The notes under the pieces: generated by a model
The model's input: only the letters and a program-made list of their open reading frames with translations
What the model was told of the DNA's origin: nothing
The model's database searches: none
Position numbers and translations under genes: made by a program
Source of the DNA: the human T2T-CHM13v2.0 reference genome, Homo sapiens
Direction: 5' to 3' (one strand)
Assembly: GCF_009914755.1 (NCBI RefSeq)
Contig: NC_060928.1
Length of the DNA: 64,000 nt
In this document: piece after piece, positions 1 through 12,329 of the stretch
Numbering within the stretch: the first letter of the stretch is position 1
Layout: every line of letters starts with the position of its first letter

Positions 1-331
1 TGGGAGGTGTTTGGGTCATGGGGGGTGGATTCCTTATGAAAATCTTGGTGCCATCCTTGCAGTAATAAGTGAGTTCTCACTCTGAGTTCACACAAGGTCT
101 GACTGTTTAAAAGAGTTTGACACCTCTCCTTTCTTATGGTCTCACTTTCACCTTGTGACAGTCCCCTCTCCTTCTACCATGATTGTAAGTTTCATGAGGC
201 CCTTACCAGAAGCAGATGCTGGAGCCATACTTGTACAGCTTGCAGAACAATGAGCCAATTAAATCTCTTTTCTTCATAAATTACTCAGCCTCAGGCATTC
301 TTTTATAGCAATTCAAGAATGAAATAACACA
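1..331 (+). mobile_element. MaLR 5' LTR (MSTB-like), cut off by the window start
   Basis: Typical MST LTR text (gaagcagatgctggagcc...gagccaattaaatctcttttcttcataaattactcagcctcagg...) ending in ...aacaca, followed directly by MaLR internal sequence. Confidence 0.85.
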
Positions 332-1878
332 GAAAATTGATACCAGGAGTTGGGCATTGCTATAAAGATACCTGAAAATGTGGAAGCAAGTATGGAATTG
401 GGTAATGGGCAGAGGTTGGAAGAGTTTGGAGGCCTTAGAAGAAGACAGGAAGATAAGGGAAAGTTTAGAGCTTCTCAGAAATTTGTTAAGTGGTTGTGAC
501 CCAAGTGTTGATAGAAATATGTACAGAGAAGAAGGCCAAGTTGATGAGGTTGCAGATGGAAGAGAGGAAGTTAATGGAAACTGGAGCAAAAATCCCCATG
601 TTATGCCCTAGAAAGCAGCTTGGATGCATTGAGTCCATGTCCTAGGGCTCCATGGAAGTTTGAAATTAAGAGTGGATGACGTAGGGTATCTGGCAGAAGA
701 AATTTCTAAGCAGTGAAGCACTCAAGGTGTGGTCTGGCTGCTCCTAACAGCCTACATCAGAAACAGGAGCAAAAAATGATTTAAAGTTGCATCTGATATT
801 TAGAAGGAAAGCAGAGTATAAAAATTTGGAAAATATGCAGCCTGGCCCTGTGGTAGGAATAGAATCTAAGTAGGATGCAGAGCAACCACTTGCTAGAGAG
901 ATTAGCATGACTAAAGAGGAGGCAGGTGCTAATTTCCAAGACAATGGGATAAAGGCCTGGAAGGCATTTCAGAGAACTTCAAGGTGGCCTCTCTCATCAC
1001 AGGCCCAGAGACCTAGGATAGAATAATGGTTTTGTGAACCAGGAACAGGGCATCACTGCCCTGCACCACCTCAGGAGGCTACTCTTCCCATCCCAGCTGT
1101 TCCAGCTTCAGCCTGAAGGTGTAAGCTGTAAGCCTTATTGGCTTCCACATGGTGTTAAGCCTGCAGGCATGTAGAATGCAATAGTGAAGGAAACTTAGCA
1201 GTGTCCACCTAGATTTCAGAGGATATATGGAAAAGCCTAGATGCCCAGACAAAAGCTTGCTGTAGGTGCAGAGTCCCCACAAAGATACTCCACTAGGGCA
1301 GTGCTGAGGGGAAGTATGGGATTGGAGCCCCCATAGAGAGTCCCCACTTGGTCACTGCCTAGTGAAGCCGTGGGAAAGGGGAACACTGTCCTTCAGCCCC
1401 GAGAATGGTAGAGACAATGGCAGCTTGCAACTCCAGTGTTGAAAAGCCACAGACACTCCACTCCAACCAATTAGAGCAGCCACAGGGACTGAACCATGAA
1501 AAGCCACAGAGGTGGAGCTGCCCAAGACCTTGGGAGCCCATCACTTGCACCAGTATGCCCTGAATATGGGACATGGAGCCAAGGATTATTCTGGAGCTTT
1601 AAGATTTGATGAGTTTCTGACTTGCATGGGGCCTGTTACCCCTTTCTTTTGTTCAATTTCTTCCTTTTGGAATGAAAACGTCACCCAATGCCTGTATCAC
1701 CATTCTTTCTTGGAAGTAAATAACTTGGTTTTGATTTTACAGGCTCATAGGTAGAAGGAAAATACTTTGAGTCTCAGGAGACTTTGGAATTTGGACTTGA
1801 TAATGGAATAAGTTAAGACTTTGGGGGACTATTGGGAAGAGATGATTATATTTTGCAATGTAGGGGCCAGAGGTGGAA
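332..1878 (+). mobile_element. MaLR internal region (MST-int), non-coding remnant
   Basis: Starts gaaaattgataccaggag...gctataaagatacctgaaaatgtggaagc, matches THE1/MST internal consensus throughout, and ends in purine-rich ggggccagaggtggaa before the 3' LTR. Confidence 0.85.
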
Positions 1879-1975
1879 TGATATGGTTTGCATACTTGTC
1901 CCTTCAAAATCACAAGTTAAAATGCAATCCCCAGTGTTGGAGATGGCATCTGGTGGGATGTGTTTTGGTTATGAA
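1879..1975 (+). mobile_element. MST 3' LTR, only the first ~95 bp present
   Basis: tgatatggtttg...ccccagtgttggagatgg...; 1954-1973 (tgggatgtgttttggttatg) parallels 1-20 of the 5' LTR, then the sequence switches to L1. Confidence 0.8.
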
Positions 1976-1977
1976 AG

Positions 1978-2429
1978 ATTTACAAATAGTAATCACATGG
2001 AAACAATTCAAGTGCCCATCAGTGATAGACTGGATAAAGAAATGCTGTACATATATATGATGAAATACTATACAGCCATAAAAAGGAATGAGAGCATGCC
2101 CTTTGCAGGGAAGCTGGAAGCTTCATTCTCAGCAAACTAACATAGGAACAGAAAACCAAACGCTGCATGCTCTCACTGGTAAGCGGGAGTTGAACAATGT
2201 TAACACATGGACACAGGGAGGGGAACAACACACACCAGGGCCAATCAGGGGGTGGGGGTTGAGGGAAGGGAGAGCATTAGGACAAATAGCTAACGCATGT
2301 GGGGCTTAAAATTTAGATGATGGGTTGATGGGTGCAGCAAACCACCATGGCACACATATACCTATGTAACAAACCTACACTTTCTGCACATGTATCCCAG
2401 AACCTAAAGTGAAATTAAAAAAAAAAAAA
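1978..2429 (+). mobile_element. L1PA7/8-like 3' end (5'-truncated LINE-1)
   Basis: ORF2 C-terminal remnant (CPSVIDWIKK), 3'UTR ggacaaatagctaacgcatgtggggcttaaaa...gcagcaaaccaccatggcac, poly(A) ending at 2429. Confidence 0.85.
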
Positions 2430-2551
2430 GTGTGACATAATTTAAAGAGCTAAGAGTAAAAGACAGAAGAAATCAGTATATCAGCGCTGCTACATGCAGG
2501 CTGTGAAACCTTTGGAAATCAGGCAACTTCTGCCAAAAAGTAATGGAGATT

Positions 2552-2770
2552 AGTGGTTTAGTTGCAAAGAGATGGTCTTGGAACCAGGAAAACTGTTCAG
2601 CTCCTGTCTTCATGTATTCTCCAATTTCGCTTGTGTGCAGTAGTAATAATAATGGTGTCTACTTCATTGGATTATATGATGATACAAATTAATTAATTCA
2701 TATAAAGCCTTTAAATAGAGTATACTTTTCTAGTAGGCAGAAAATATTAAGTAAATACTAACTATATTAC
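2552..2770 (+). mobile_element. MIR (degenerate)
   Basis: Weak match to MIR core (taataatggtgtctacttcattggattat...taaagcc...aagtaaatactaactatatta). Confidence 0.5.
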
Positions 2771-2900
2771 TGGGTTCTCAAATATAAACTTCTCATTAAT
2801 CCCAATAATTGCTCTACTCAAAGAGTAGTTCAGAAAATCCAATCATATGATGACTTTGAATGCCTTGTAGTCTCAGAGAATCACAATTTATTGGGATTAC

Positions 2901-2980
2901 AAGCATGCTTACATCTATTCTGCATTAATAGATGCTGCATAACTAGATGCAAGCATAGTTACATCTATTCTGCATTAATA
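2901..2980. repeat. 30-bp direct repeat (period 50) with internal hairpins
   Basis: aagcatgcttacatctattctgcattaata (2901-2930) versus aagcatagttacatctattctgcattaata (2951-2980). Confidence 0.9.
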
Positions 2981-3739
2981 AGTGATAAAGTAGGAACCGG
3001 AACTCTGGTTTCTATTTCTTATATTAAATATATCAATTTTTACTTCAGTAAAAATAGGCACTCCTACCGTAAAATTCTTACTCTGAATTGCGTCAAGTTG
3101 ATCCAGCAGTATTTCCACAGAATTTTTTTTTTTTTTTTTTTTGGAAAACTCCTATGTGTGGTCTGAGAACCTCTGTTTCTGAATAATGTAGGAGCATCAA
3201 GGTATTTCTTAAAGCATCTTGGTCACACGTTGTGGCAGTGCAGGGCCACTTGGGAATTCCTGATCATTGCTAACATGAAGCAGGTGTGTGGCCCATGTCA
3301 GCTGCTGTGCTCATCATTTCCTATTTATTAGCTCATTTATTTTACCCAAAACCACATTGAATATTCTTCTTATTATGCAACTGAGGAAATACTGTATGAT
3401 TATATAAATAATTAGCTTCAAATCATATATTTTTGGGCCATGGATTGAGGTCAAATTTGTCTAGATCCAAACCTACTTCTTGAAAATTTTCTCCTTGGAA
3501 ACACAGAACCAAGCACATAATTATCTTCCCTATTTATCTTTTCTGCAAACTACAAATTATAACAGTACTTATCTCAATGATTTGTTTCAAGAATTAAACG
3601 AATAAACGTATGTAAAGTAATCCGAATGAAAGAAAGGACTTAGTAAACTCTTGCTTTGCCTTTTTGCCCTTCTTTTTACTTTGAAACAAACTTGATATTC
3701 TATGAAATTTACAAGAATGGAACAAAAACTTTTGTTTAC

Positions 3740-4960
3740 TGAGATATTTGGGGACAATATGTTGATATGCCCCAATGCTTTCTTGTGTATTTCTTACAAA
3801 GGAGGAATTCTCCTACGTAATCCAACATGACCATAAACATCAGGAAATTAACATTGGCACATTACTGCCCTCTAATCCTCAGACCCCATTCAAGTTTTAC
3901 CAGTTATTATAACAATATCCTTTATGACAAAAGAATGCAGTCCAGATTTACCCATTGTATGTAATTGTCATTTCTTTTTGGTTTTCTTTGATGCAAAACA
4001 ATTTCTCAACCTTCTTTGACTTTCATAACCTCAACACATCTGAAGACTACAGGACATTTCTTTGAGGTTTTGCTGTTGTTTATTAGAGTGTCTGTGATTT
4101 GGGATTCTGTGATGTTGCCTCAGGATTAGTTTCCATTTATGCATCTTTAACAAGCAAATCACAGATCTAATGCTATGTTCATCTCACTGCAGCCTATTGG
4201 ATGATACAGTTTTGATTTTCCCCATTACTGGTGATGTTCACTTTGATCATTTAACAAATGTGATCTCTGCCAATCTTCTCTGCTGGAAAGTTATTTTTTA
4301 AAAGTTTCCTTTGAATGGATATGTATTTTGGGGGAGTTGCTTGGAGTTGATAAAATATCACATCCTCAATTTATGTATTTATTTACTACAGTATAAACAA
4401 ATAGATCATTCTTAATCTATTCAATAGATTAGCATCTATTAAGAATGAGTGATATTTAAATGTTCCCAGATTTGCCTACTGGGAGTCTCTTCTGTGTCCT
4501 TTTCACATGGGTCCTTATCATTCTTGGAGTGAATTCTTATTTTTGGCACAATGAGATGTTCTGATTCATCCTGTACTTTCCCTGTCTTAACTCTGGAATC
4601 AGTCATTTTTCTAAGAAGCTCTGTTTTTTTTTAGTGGAGAATTATATCTGGAAATTAAGCTCAGGATATGTGCTCACTCCCTGCTCTTGAATATAGCTGT
4701 TCTCAGGCACTTGCGGTGGGCAGATCAAGGGGATATATGCATGCATCAAAGCACTCACATCGACATCTGCATCCATGTATCCATCTGAAAAGTTCACACC
4801 GGTACCTGCAATTCCATCCCAACACCTTAGGATTCATCTCAGTGTTTACTCTCGGTGAGCTACAGCCTTATCTAATGTTGAGAAGCCTAAATCCCATTTT
4901 CCTTAATATATTCACTCATTCAATTAAACACCTTGTATGTAAACACTCTCCCAACACCCC
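3740..4960 (-). mobile_element. Old L1 3' region (L1MC4/5-like)
   Basis: catcaggaaattaacattggcac...cagaccccattcaagtttt...gatgttcactttgatca...tgtactttccctgtcttaactctggaatcagtcatttttctaagaagctctg resembles the L1MC 3' end in reverse. Confidence 0.6.
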
Positions 4961-5904
4961 TGCTAGATTCTCTCACCCCTTGCAGACAGCCTCATCCCCC
5001 TGTATAGTCTCCAACACTGCACACAGTAGGTCGTCTCTTCTTACAATGACATCCTCACTCTTGCTAGGCTGAGTCTACAACACCCCAAGGCACCTGCCCT
5101 CCCAATGCAAACAGTAGCTTCACAATCCTGAGGTTTTGACACTTCACTCTGGTCACCAGGCTTGGCAGGCCCCATCTCTACCCTGTGGTCGTCCAGCTCT
5201 GATAGACAGCCCTGGCCATAACTTCATCCTTCCATACCCCTCCATCAACCTCAACCCCCAAATGCCTACCTTGCTTGGACACATCTAATTGATTTTGAAC
5301 TGAAGTGATTAAAAAGAGATATACGGAGAAGGAGGAAAAGAAATAGAATGAAAAAGGAGGAAAAAAGAGGGAAGACGCCATATTAGTTTTTAATTGTTAT
5401 TATTATTAATTACCTAATGTTCTCTTTTCTGATATAAAAATCTGGTTTTAGAGATCAATTTGTCAATTATGTCTCAATGTGAGCTTAATTAATCCCCAGG
5501 ATTTAGCTCATTTCTGCTTAAAGGGATGTTGTGAGATAGATTTTATTGTTAAAAATGAACAAACTGATGTTAAAAAGACTGTGTCTTTCCCTCTTTCCCA
5601 ATGTCGCATGGTTTGTAAGTGGGTATGTCATGTTTTCAGCATTAAATCTCATCGAAATAATGAAAGACAGAGTCTTCTGCAAAAACTATCCTTGTTAGTT
5701 TGTAAGGGGGCAAGACAGAAAGGCAGGAAGAGGTGATGTTACTAGAGAGTAATTTCTTCTTAGTTCTTGAAAGCATAATTGAATCATCGCTCACTTCCGA
5801 AAAAGAGCCAGAAATGGGTCCCACTCCTTCTTTTAATACCCTGGCTCTATGAAGTCAGGAAGCATGTGCATCCTTATATCTTCCTAAATTCAAAACCATG
5901 ATTA

Positions 5905-6697
5905 AAATGAAGAGTTGGATTTTTGGATCATATGGTAGTCATATTTTTAATTTTTTGAGGAATTCTCCATATTGTTTTTCCACGGTGGCTGTACCATTTA
6001 GCATTCCCACCAACAGTGTACAAGGGTTCCCATTTCTCCACATTCTCACCAACACTTGTCTTTTGCTTTTGCTTTTTTAAATGATAACCATCCTAAAATG
6101 GTGTGAGGTGGTATCTAATTGTAGTTTTAATTTGCCTTTTTTTCTGACAAGTTACATTAAATCTCTTCTCATATACCTATTGGTTATTTTTATGTCTTCT
6201 TGGAGAAATGCCTACTCAAGTCCTTCGCCCACCTTTTAGTCACATTATTAGTGTTTTTTTTTTAATTTATTTGTGTGTTTCTTTGTTTTGCTATTGAGTT
6301 GTAGGAGTACATATTTTAGAAATTAATCCCTTATTAAATATATGGTTTGCAAATATTTTCTCCCATTCTGGAGGTTTGCTTTTCATTCTGTTGACTGTTT
6401 CCTTCACTGTGAAGAAGCTTTTTAATTTGATGTACCTCCACTTGTCTAGTTTTGTTTTACTTGCCTGTGATTTTGTTGTCATATCCATCAAATCATTGTG
6501 AAAACTGATTATTTAGTTGGTCTTTTCCTCTATGATTTCTTTTAGAAATTTTACAGTTTCAGGTCTTATATTTAAATCTTTAATCTACTTCTTTTGATTT
6601 TTGCCAATTTTGTTATACAAATGTCCAATTTCATTCTGTTGCATGTGAATATCCAATTCTTCCAACACAATTTTTTGAAGAGACTATTCTTATCCCT
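5905..6697 (-). mobile_element. L1MA-type element, inverted 5' segment (ORF2 3' region)
   Basis: ggatcatatggtagt...cattcccaccaacagtgtacaagggttcc...; the minus-strand ORF reads KSQASKTKLDKWRYIKLKSFFTVKETVNRMK. Confidence 0.85.
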
Positions 6698-7232
6698 GTG
6701 AAATCAGATCTCAAATAGGTATTAGAACTCCTGTGTTCATTGCAGCACCATTCCCAAAGCCAAGATCGTCTCTATCTCTTGACCTCGTGACCTGCCCGAC
6801 TCAGCCTCCCAAAGTGTTGGGATTACAGGCGTGAGCCACCGCGACTGGCCCGTGTATACATACAAGGGAATATTGATGAACCTTAAAAAAGGGAAGAAAT
6901 TCTGCAATATATGGCAACATAGCTGAACTTTAAAGCACATTTTGCTAAGTGAAATAAGCTATTATAGAAGGACAAATACTGCATGATTCCACTTACATAA
7001 ATACCTAAAATTGTCAAAATGTTAGAAGTAAAGAATAGAATGGTGCTGGACAGAAGCTGGAGGCAGGGGGAAATAAGGAGTTGCTAATCAATAGATATAA
7101 AATTTCAGTTTTCCAAGATGAATAAGTTTTGGTGATCTGCTATATAACATTGTGCAGATAACAATATCATAAAATCTCTTCAGAGAGTAAATCTCATGTT
7201 AAGTGTGCTTATTGCAATAAAATTAAAAATAA
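6698..7232 (+). mobile_element. L1MA-type element, sense 3' segment with A-rich tail (interrupted by an Alu fragment)
   Basis: tgaaatcag...tgttcattgcagcaccattc...gctaagtgaaataagc...gacaaatactgcatgattccacttac...caagatgaataagttttgg...aataaaattaaaaataaaa. Confidence 0.8.
6758..6850 (-). mobile_element. Alu 5' fragment (~90 bp, AluSc-like)
   Basis: tctcttgacctcgtga...cctcccaaagtgttgggattacaggcgtgagccaccgcgactggcc; the rest of the Alu is absent. Confidence 0.9.
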
Positions 7233-7486
7233 AACCAAGAAGGGAGGAAGTGCATAAAATATGACTCAAGAGAACTGTGTTTCAGAAAAGGCTCTACCAC
7301 TACTGTCTAATTATTTGATCTCAGGAAAATGGGCAACTCTGATGAAAATCTTGTGAATAATAAGATAAAAGTATATATGAAACCAATAAGGCACTCAAGA
7401 AAATATATAGCTTTAATATTAAAATGTATTTAAATTAGTATGGGCTCATTAAAACTGGGACATGCTGTCATAATGATAGATGTCTT

Positions 7487-7720
7487 GTAGTGTAGCAAAT
7501 TGATTAAGAACATAAACTTGAAAGTCGGAATTGAGTTCAAATCTAGTTTATACCACATAATATATATGTGATCTTCAGCGCATTACACAAAACACTCAAG
7601 ACCCACTTTTCTCCATCTGGAAAATAATTTGACATTCCTAAATCATAGGACAGGTAAAAAGCTAAAATGTACCTGACAAATTGTAAGCAGGTAATATAAT
7701 AAGCACATAATAAGTATTAG
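7487..7720 (+). mobile_element. MIR (degenerate)
   Basis: gtagtgtagc...gagttcaaatctagtt...tgtgatcttcag...ttttctccatctggaaaataat. Confidence 0.6.
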
Positions 7721-8924
7721 CACACTTTTAGTTTTATTTATCCTAAAGTGAAACTTTGTTCCTTTACTATTTTTCTAAGGATTAGAAAATCTACAAACTA
7801 TTTCTACTTTGCAATGCCCAGATTCAAAATTTCCGTAGAGTCATCAATTTGCATCTATCAATTAGTACAGATATTCATAAATCCAGTAAAGCCACATTGT
7901 GTTTGAAGTTTTTTAACATAAAGAAAACTAATGATAAATGCTAAGGGCAAACATAGGGATCAACCTGGACTTTATAAAAAGTCTGCTTATCCATCCCACA
8001 AAGCAATTGGCTTCTCACTAAGTTATCTTTCCCTCTACAACCCTCTAACCTTGAAACAAAGCAATCCATAAACAAATGAGCAAAAAGCTTAGACACATGC
8101 CTAAGAGATTCAATGCTTTATTTTTCTCAGACTTTGCAGAAAGGGTATGGATTTTGCTAAAAAGATTGTGTGTTGACTCTTAAAGGATCCTGTAAGCTTT
8201 GGATTAGTAAATCAGTATGCACTGAGTGAATGAAGAGAGAGAGAACTTTAGTCCAAAGAGCTGATTTTTTGAAACATAACCAAAGTATATCAAAGAAAGT
8301 ATATTCTTGATGACTATAGCACATTTTAAAGTGACAACATTCAAATGGAATTTAAAACTCAAGGAATTCATTTTCAAGGGCTCTCTCCTCTGCTTTTAGA
8401 ACAAAAAAAGTTTTGCATTTATTGATCCACCGTGTACTTACAACAAAAAAACCAACTTTTATTGAAAATCTGCTATGTGCTTAGGAGCCTAAGTGGATGG
8501 CAACAGTATTAATCAGAATAGAGAATTCAGATGAGCAGTTTTGGAGAATGGAGAAGGAAATAATAGGCACATAAGAAATAATGGCAAAAATAAAATCACT
8601 ACTAATAAATACTGTAATTTGAACCAGGTACTGTATTATCCTAGTACTCTGCACTGCTCTAGAAATAGTGTGCTTTATCTCATTAAGCATTCGCCTATAT
8701 TTTTTTCTGGCTCAGTGTTTGGTACTACTGTCTACCTAGTTGTCCAAGCAAAAATCCTGGACATCATTTTTGCTTTCTTTCACTAATCCAAAACCATTGA
8801 TTATCAAGTCCTACTCACGATCACTCTTCAATATCTCTCCAGGTAGTAAATTATCTCTCTCTACATTTTTACTTTCTTTATCACAGCACCACTACCCCTC
8901 ACAATAACATAACAACTGCTTTCT

Positions 8925-9594
8925 AGGTTATATGATCCCGAGTCTTCTCTCTATGTATCCACACCTTTGCCATGGCCTCATGGTGAGCCGAATGTTTTTT
9001 CTTCACCCTTTGTCACTGTGATATCCATAATAATTGGTAAATGTGAATTGATGAGTCTCTGGAACTTTTGAATCTGGGCATTGTAAAGTGGAAATAGTGA
9101 GTCAGTAGATTTTCTAATTCTTAGAAAAATGTTACATTGGAATAACCAATATAAATTTCTGTCATAATGGAAATATTCATCTCTTTGTGATTAAATGTAG
9201 AATTAATTACCTGGCAATGAAACACTTGAAATGTGTCTATTGCAGCTATAGGGATTGTATTATAAATGTTATTTACTCTTAATGAATTAAAATTTAAGTA
9301 TAAATAGCCATATGTAGTAAGTGGCTACTATATTGGAGGGAGCAGTAGTCTGTGAGATATCATTAATTTTCTTTTGCTCTTTAGCATCTCTGCTATCTCT
9401 GAGCAAACATGCCCAGCTTGCCCGCTGGCCTAAGAAGAATGAGAAACACATGGATTGGAACCACTCACGCTGGGACCAGCCTAGATCAGCTGCCCTCCAA
9501 CTGACCTGAAGCTACATTAAAGAGAATGTATCACTGCTATTTTAAGTAGCAAAGCTTGGAGGTAATTTGTTATGCAGCAAATCTTACTAACACA
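8925..9594 (+). mobile_element. MLT1 (H/I/J-like) MaLR LTR, interrupted by MER3
   Basis: tgtatccacacctttgccatg at the start; cagcctagatcagc...ttttaagtagcaaagcttggaggtaatttgttatgcagc...taacaca at the end. Confidence 0.55.
9135..9345. mobile_element. MER3 (hAT-Charlie) DNA transposon fossil
   Basis: cacttgaaatgtg...aaatagccatatgtagtaagtggctactatattggagggagcag matches MER3. Confidence 0.75.
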
Positions 9595-9649
9595 CTGGTC
9601 TTGATTGTTACTTACTTCTCACTTCTTCACATCAAAATAAATGCATTTT

Positions 9650-10120
9650 TTTTTCAAACTGTAAATCTTGTCTCACTACTCTATTCCTTAACATTCAAGG
9701 GCTCTCCGCTATTCTTAATGTGAATTCCTAGGTTTGTGATAATGCCTCTACTTCCTTCAGTAGTCTCATAGTTTTGCCTTCATGTTAAAAGCCATCTCAA
9801 CTTCTATCACTTTCTGTACTTTATTTTTAGCTCATTTAACTCTAATTCTTTAAGTCTCAGTATAAATTTACCTTTGGAAAGCATTGACTGGCCATTTCCC
9901 TTTGGGATTAGGCTTCCCTTCTTTCTGTTCTTATGGCACCATTGAGTCATCCCTTTAGAAACTCTCATTTTCTGCATTACAATTGATTTTTTATACTTGT
10001 CTCTCTTTCCCAGTATGCCATTAATTCCTTGAGAGACAGAACTGTTGATGATAGTAATTCCTATTCTAGAAGAGTGTCAAGTACATAGTATGTGCATAAT
10101 ACATTAATTCTGAATAAATT
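9650..10120 (+). mobile_element. L2 3' end (degenerate)
   Basis: ccttaacattcaagggctctcc...ttccttgagagacagaactg...gtacatagtatgtgcataata...gaataaattaa. Confidence 0.55.
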
Positions 10121-11029
10121 AACTACCATGTAAATATTAGAATAAAGCTGAAATTCTAGTAATTGAAATTATAAATCTTATCTCTCCTAAATTATAGTTA
10201 TTTCCCATCATTCCAGACTTCAGTGCAAGAATACAAGAAAACACACAGAGTTTTAAAACATAATAAAATTTTATGCAAACCTATATTTTATTATTAGACT
10301 TTGATGATATACACCTGGGCCTGACATAGACTCAGTCACTGAGGGTATGAAGGAAAATGAGTTTTGAAATCTGAATGCGTGGATTTTTTTTGTCTCTCAC
10401 TAATTAAGTGATTTTGAAAATTAATTTGAGCCTCAGTTTCTTCATCTGAAACACAGACTCATAATTTCTCTTTCAGAGCACTTATATGATATTTAAAATG
10501 GAAAATGTAAAATAAATTCCTGGCTCCATACATGACAATAGGTAGGTATTCCAGATATTTGCATTTGCTGATTTTCTCCCTTTGACAGTGGTAAAAGAAG
10601 ATTGTTTTCCTATTTTTCTTATGTGTGTGTACTTTTCTCTGAAATCATCAGCCTCTCAACTGCTTCTGTTCAATTTTATATTTTTGCTCAGAGTCAGAAG
10701 AACCAAGTTACTGTCTGCAAATATTTGGAACTTCTAATAAAGCAATGCATACTATTTTTGGAAATATGGAAAGATATCCGCAAAATGTTCCACCTATTTT
10801 ATCCTTGACATTACAATCTTTTCTCTCTCCCTTTCACTCTTATCATAGTAACTCTCTGCTTGCTCCTCTCCTTTACCCACAGAAGAATTCCCAAGTAGAA
10901 TGTCTGGGTTTGGCCTCCAGTACTCTTAGAATTCTAGACTTATAAATATTTACACTTATATATAAATATTGTTGTTTTTTATCATTTTCAGTTATAGAAT
11001 ATTGCTGCAGTTGTTCTTTAAACAAGTAT

Positions 11030-11250
11030 AAGATTTGAAATCCAAACCCCTAGGAATGATTTCTGGATCTATGCTATGTGTATCTACTGGGTGCATTTTT
11101 TAATGGTTGACATTTGAGCTTCAGTTTCTCCATCTGCTACAATGAGAATAATAACGTCTAACTCAGAGATTGTTCTGATAGCTAAATGAGAGAATATTTA
11201 TAGAAATACCCAATATTTTGCCAAGTACTCAATGGACCATGAATATGAGT
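11030..11250 (+). mobile_element. MIR
   Basis: tgagcttcagtttctccatctgctacaatgagaataataacgtctaactcagagattgttctgatagctaaatgagagaat. Confidence 0.65.
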
Positions 11251-11553
11251 GGAATCTTATTTCTGATGCACTTACTTATGGTACAGAAGAGCACTCTGTC
11301 CTAACTGCAGATCTAATTCCATCCATCACCCAATACAAACATCTGAGTCTTGATATTTTGGAGAAATATGAATTATCAGTGGATCCCGTTACACATTTTA
11401 TAAAATTCAGAAGTCTGGCTTAAGTCATACAATTTATATAGGAAGATGAATAACCTCTTAGAAATAGCGAGAGGTGAAAGTTTTATTCCTTCTTATTATC
11501 TCCTAGTATAATATGACTTACATATACATATGTAATTGTGTATCATACATGTA

Positions 11554-11871
11554 CAGTTATGTACCACATAACATTTTAGTCAATAACAAACTGCGTATAT
11601 GACAGTGGTCCCATAACATTATAATACTATATTTTTACTTTACCTCCACTATGTTTAGATATACAAATATTTACCATTGTGTTACAATTGTCTACTGTAT
11701 TCAGTGCAGTGACATGCTGTTAAGGTTCGTAACCTGAGAGCAACAGGCTAAACCATACAGCCTAGGTTTGTAGTAGCAATACCATCTAGACCTGTGTAAA
11801 TATACCCTATGATGTTCGTACGATGGTGCATTTCTCAGAATGCATCCTGGTCATTAAGCAATGCATGACTG
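11554..11871. mobile_element. Tigger3-family (TcMar) non-autonomous DNA transposon
   Basis: Terminal inverted repeats cagttatg.../...catgactg flanked by TA on both sides (11552-53 and 11872-73); internal ggtcccataacattataat...ttacaattgtctactgtattcagt. Confidence 0.85.
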
Positions 11872-12329
11872 TATGAGTGAGTGTGTTGTCAAGATTCAAA
11901 TACATGCACTAAATGTACACATCTTTCTTTCTGTTTATAGACTAACATGCTACCAGATTTAACATCACTACTTCTTAAAGCAATGTGTTTGAAAGCATGT
12001 ATGCAGTCCTGGGGGTTCTTCTGAATTTTAACCCATTCTGCTATTGCATAGCAGAAACCTCACTGAAGGTGAACTCCCACGCTTGCCTTGTGTCAGACTC
12101 AACTCTGGACCCCTTGATTCTATATCTAATTTATATTGTACCTATGCCACCTTGGGTTCTTCTGTATTCTGATCTCCTTTTTTTTGTTTTGTTTTTTTCC
12201 AGTTTCTTATTTTACCTCTCTTCAGGGTAGACACTTGGCTCACTGGTGACACTGTTGGAGAAAGTACTACTGGGGAAAATATTCAACATATCAGTTTACA
12301 CTATCTTTGCAATATGAAAATTCTCCCTC

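Noticed and set aside
281-1754. Short ORFs in the MaLR internal region
   Set aside because: Fragmented remnants of a decayed MST internal sequence with no continuous frame
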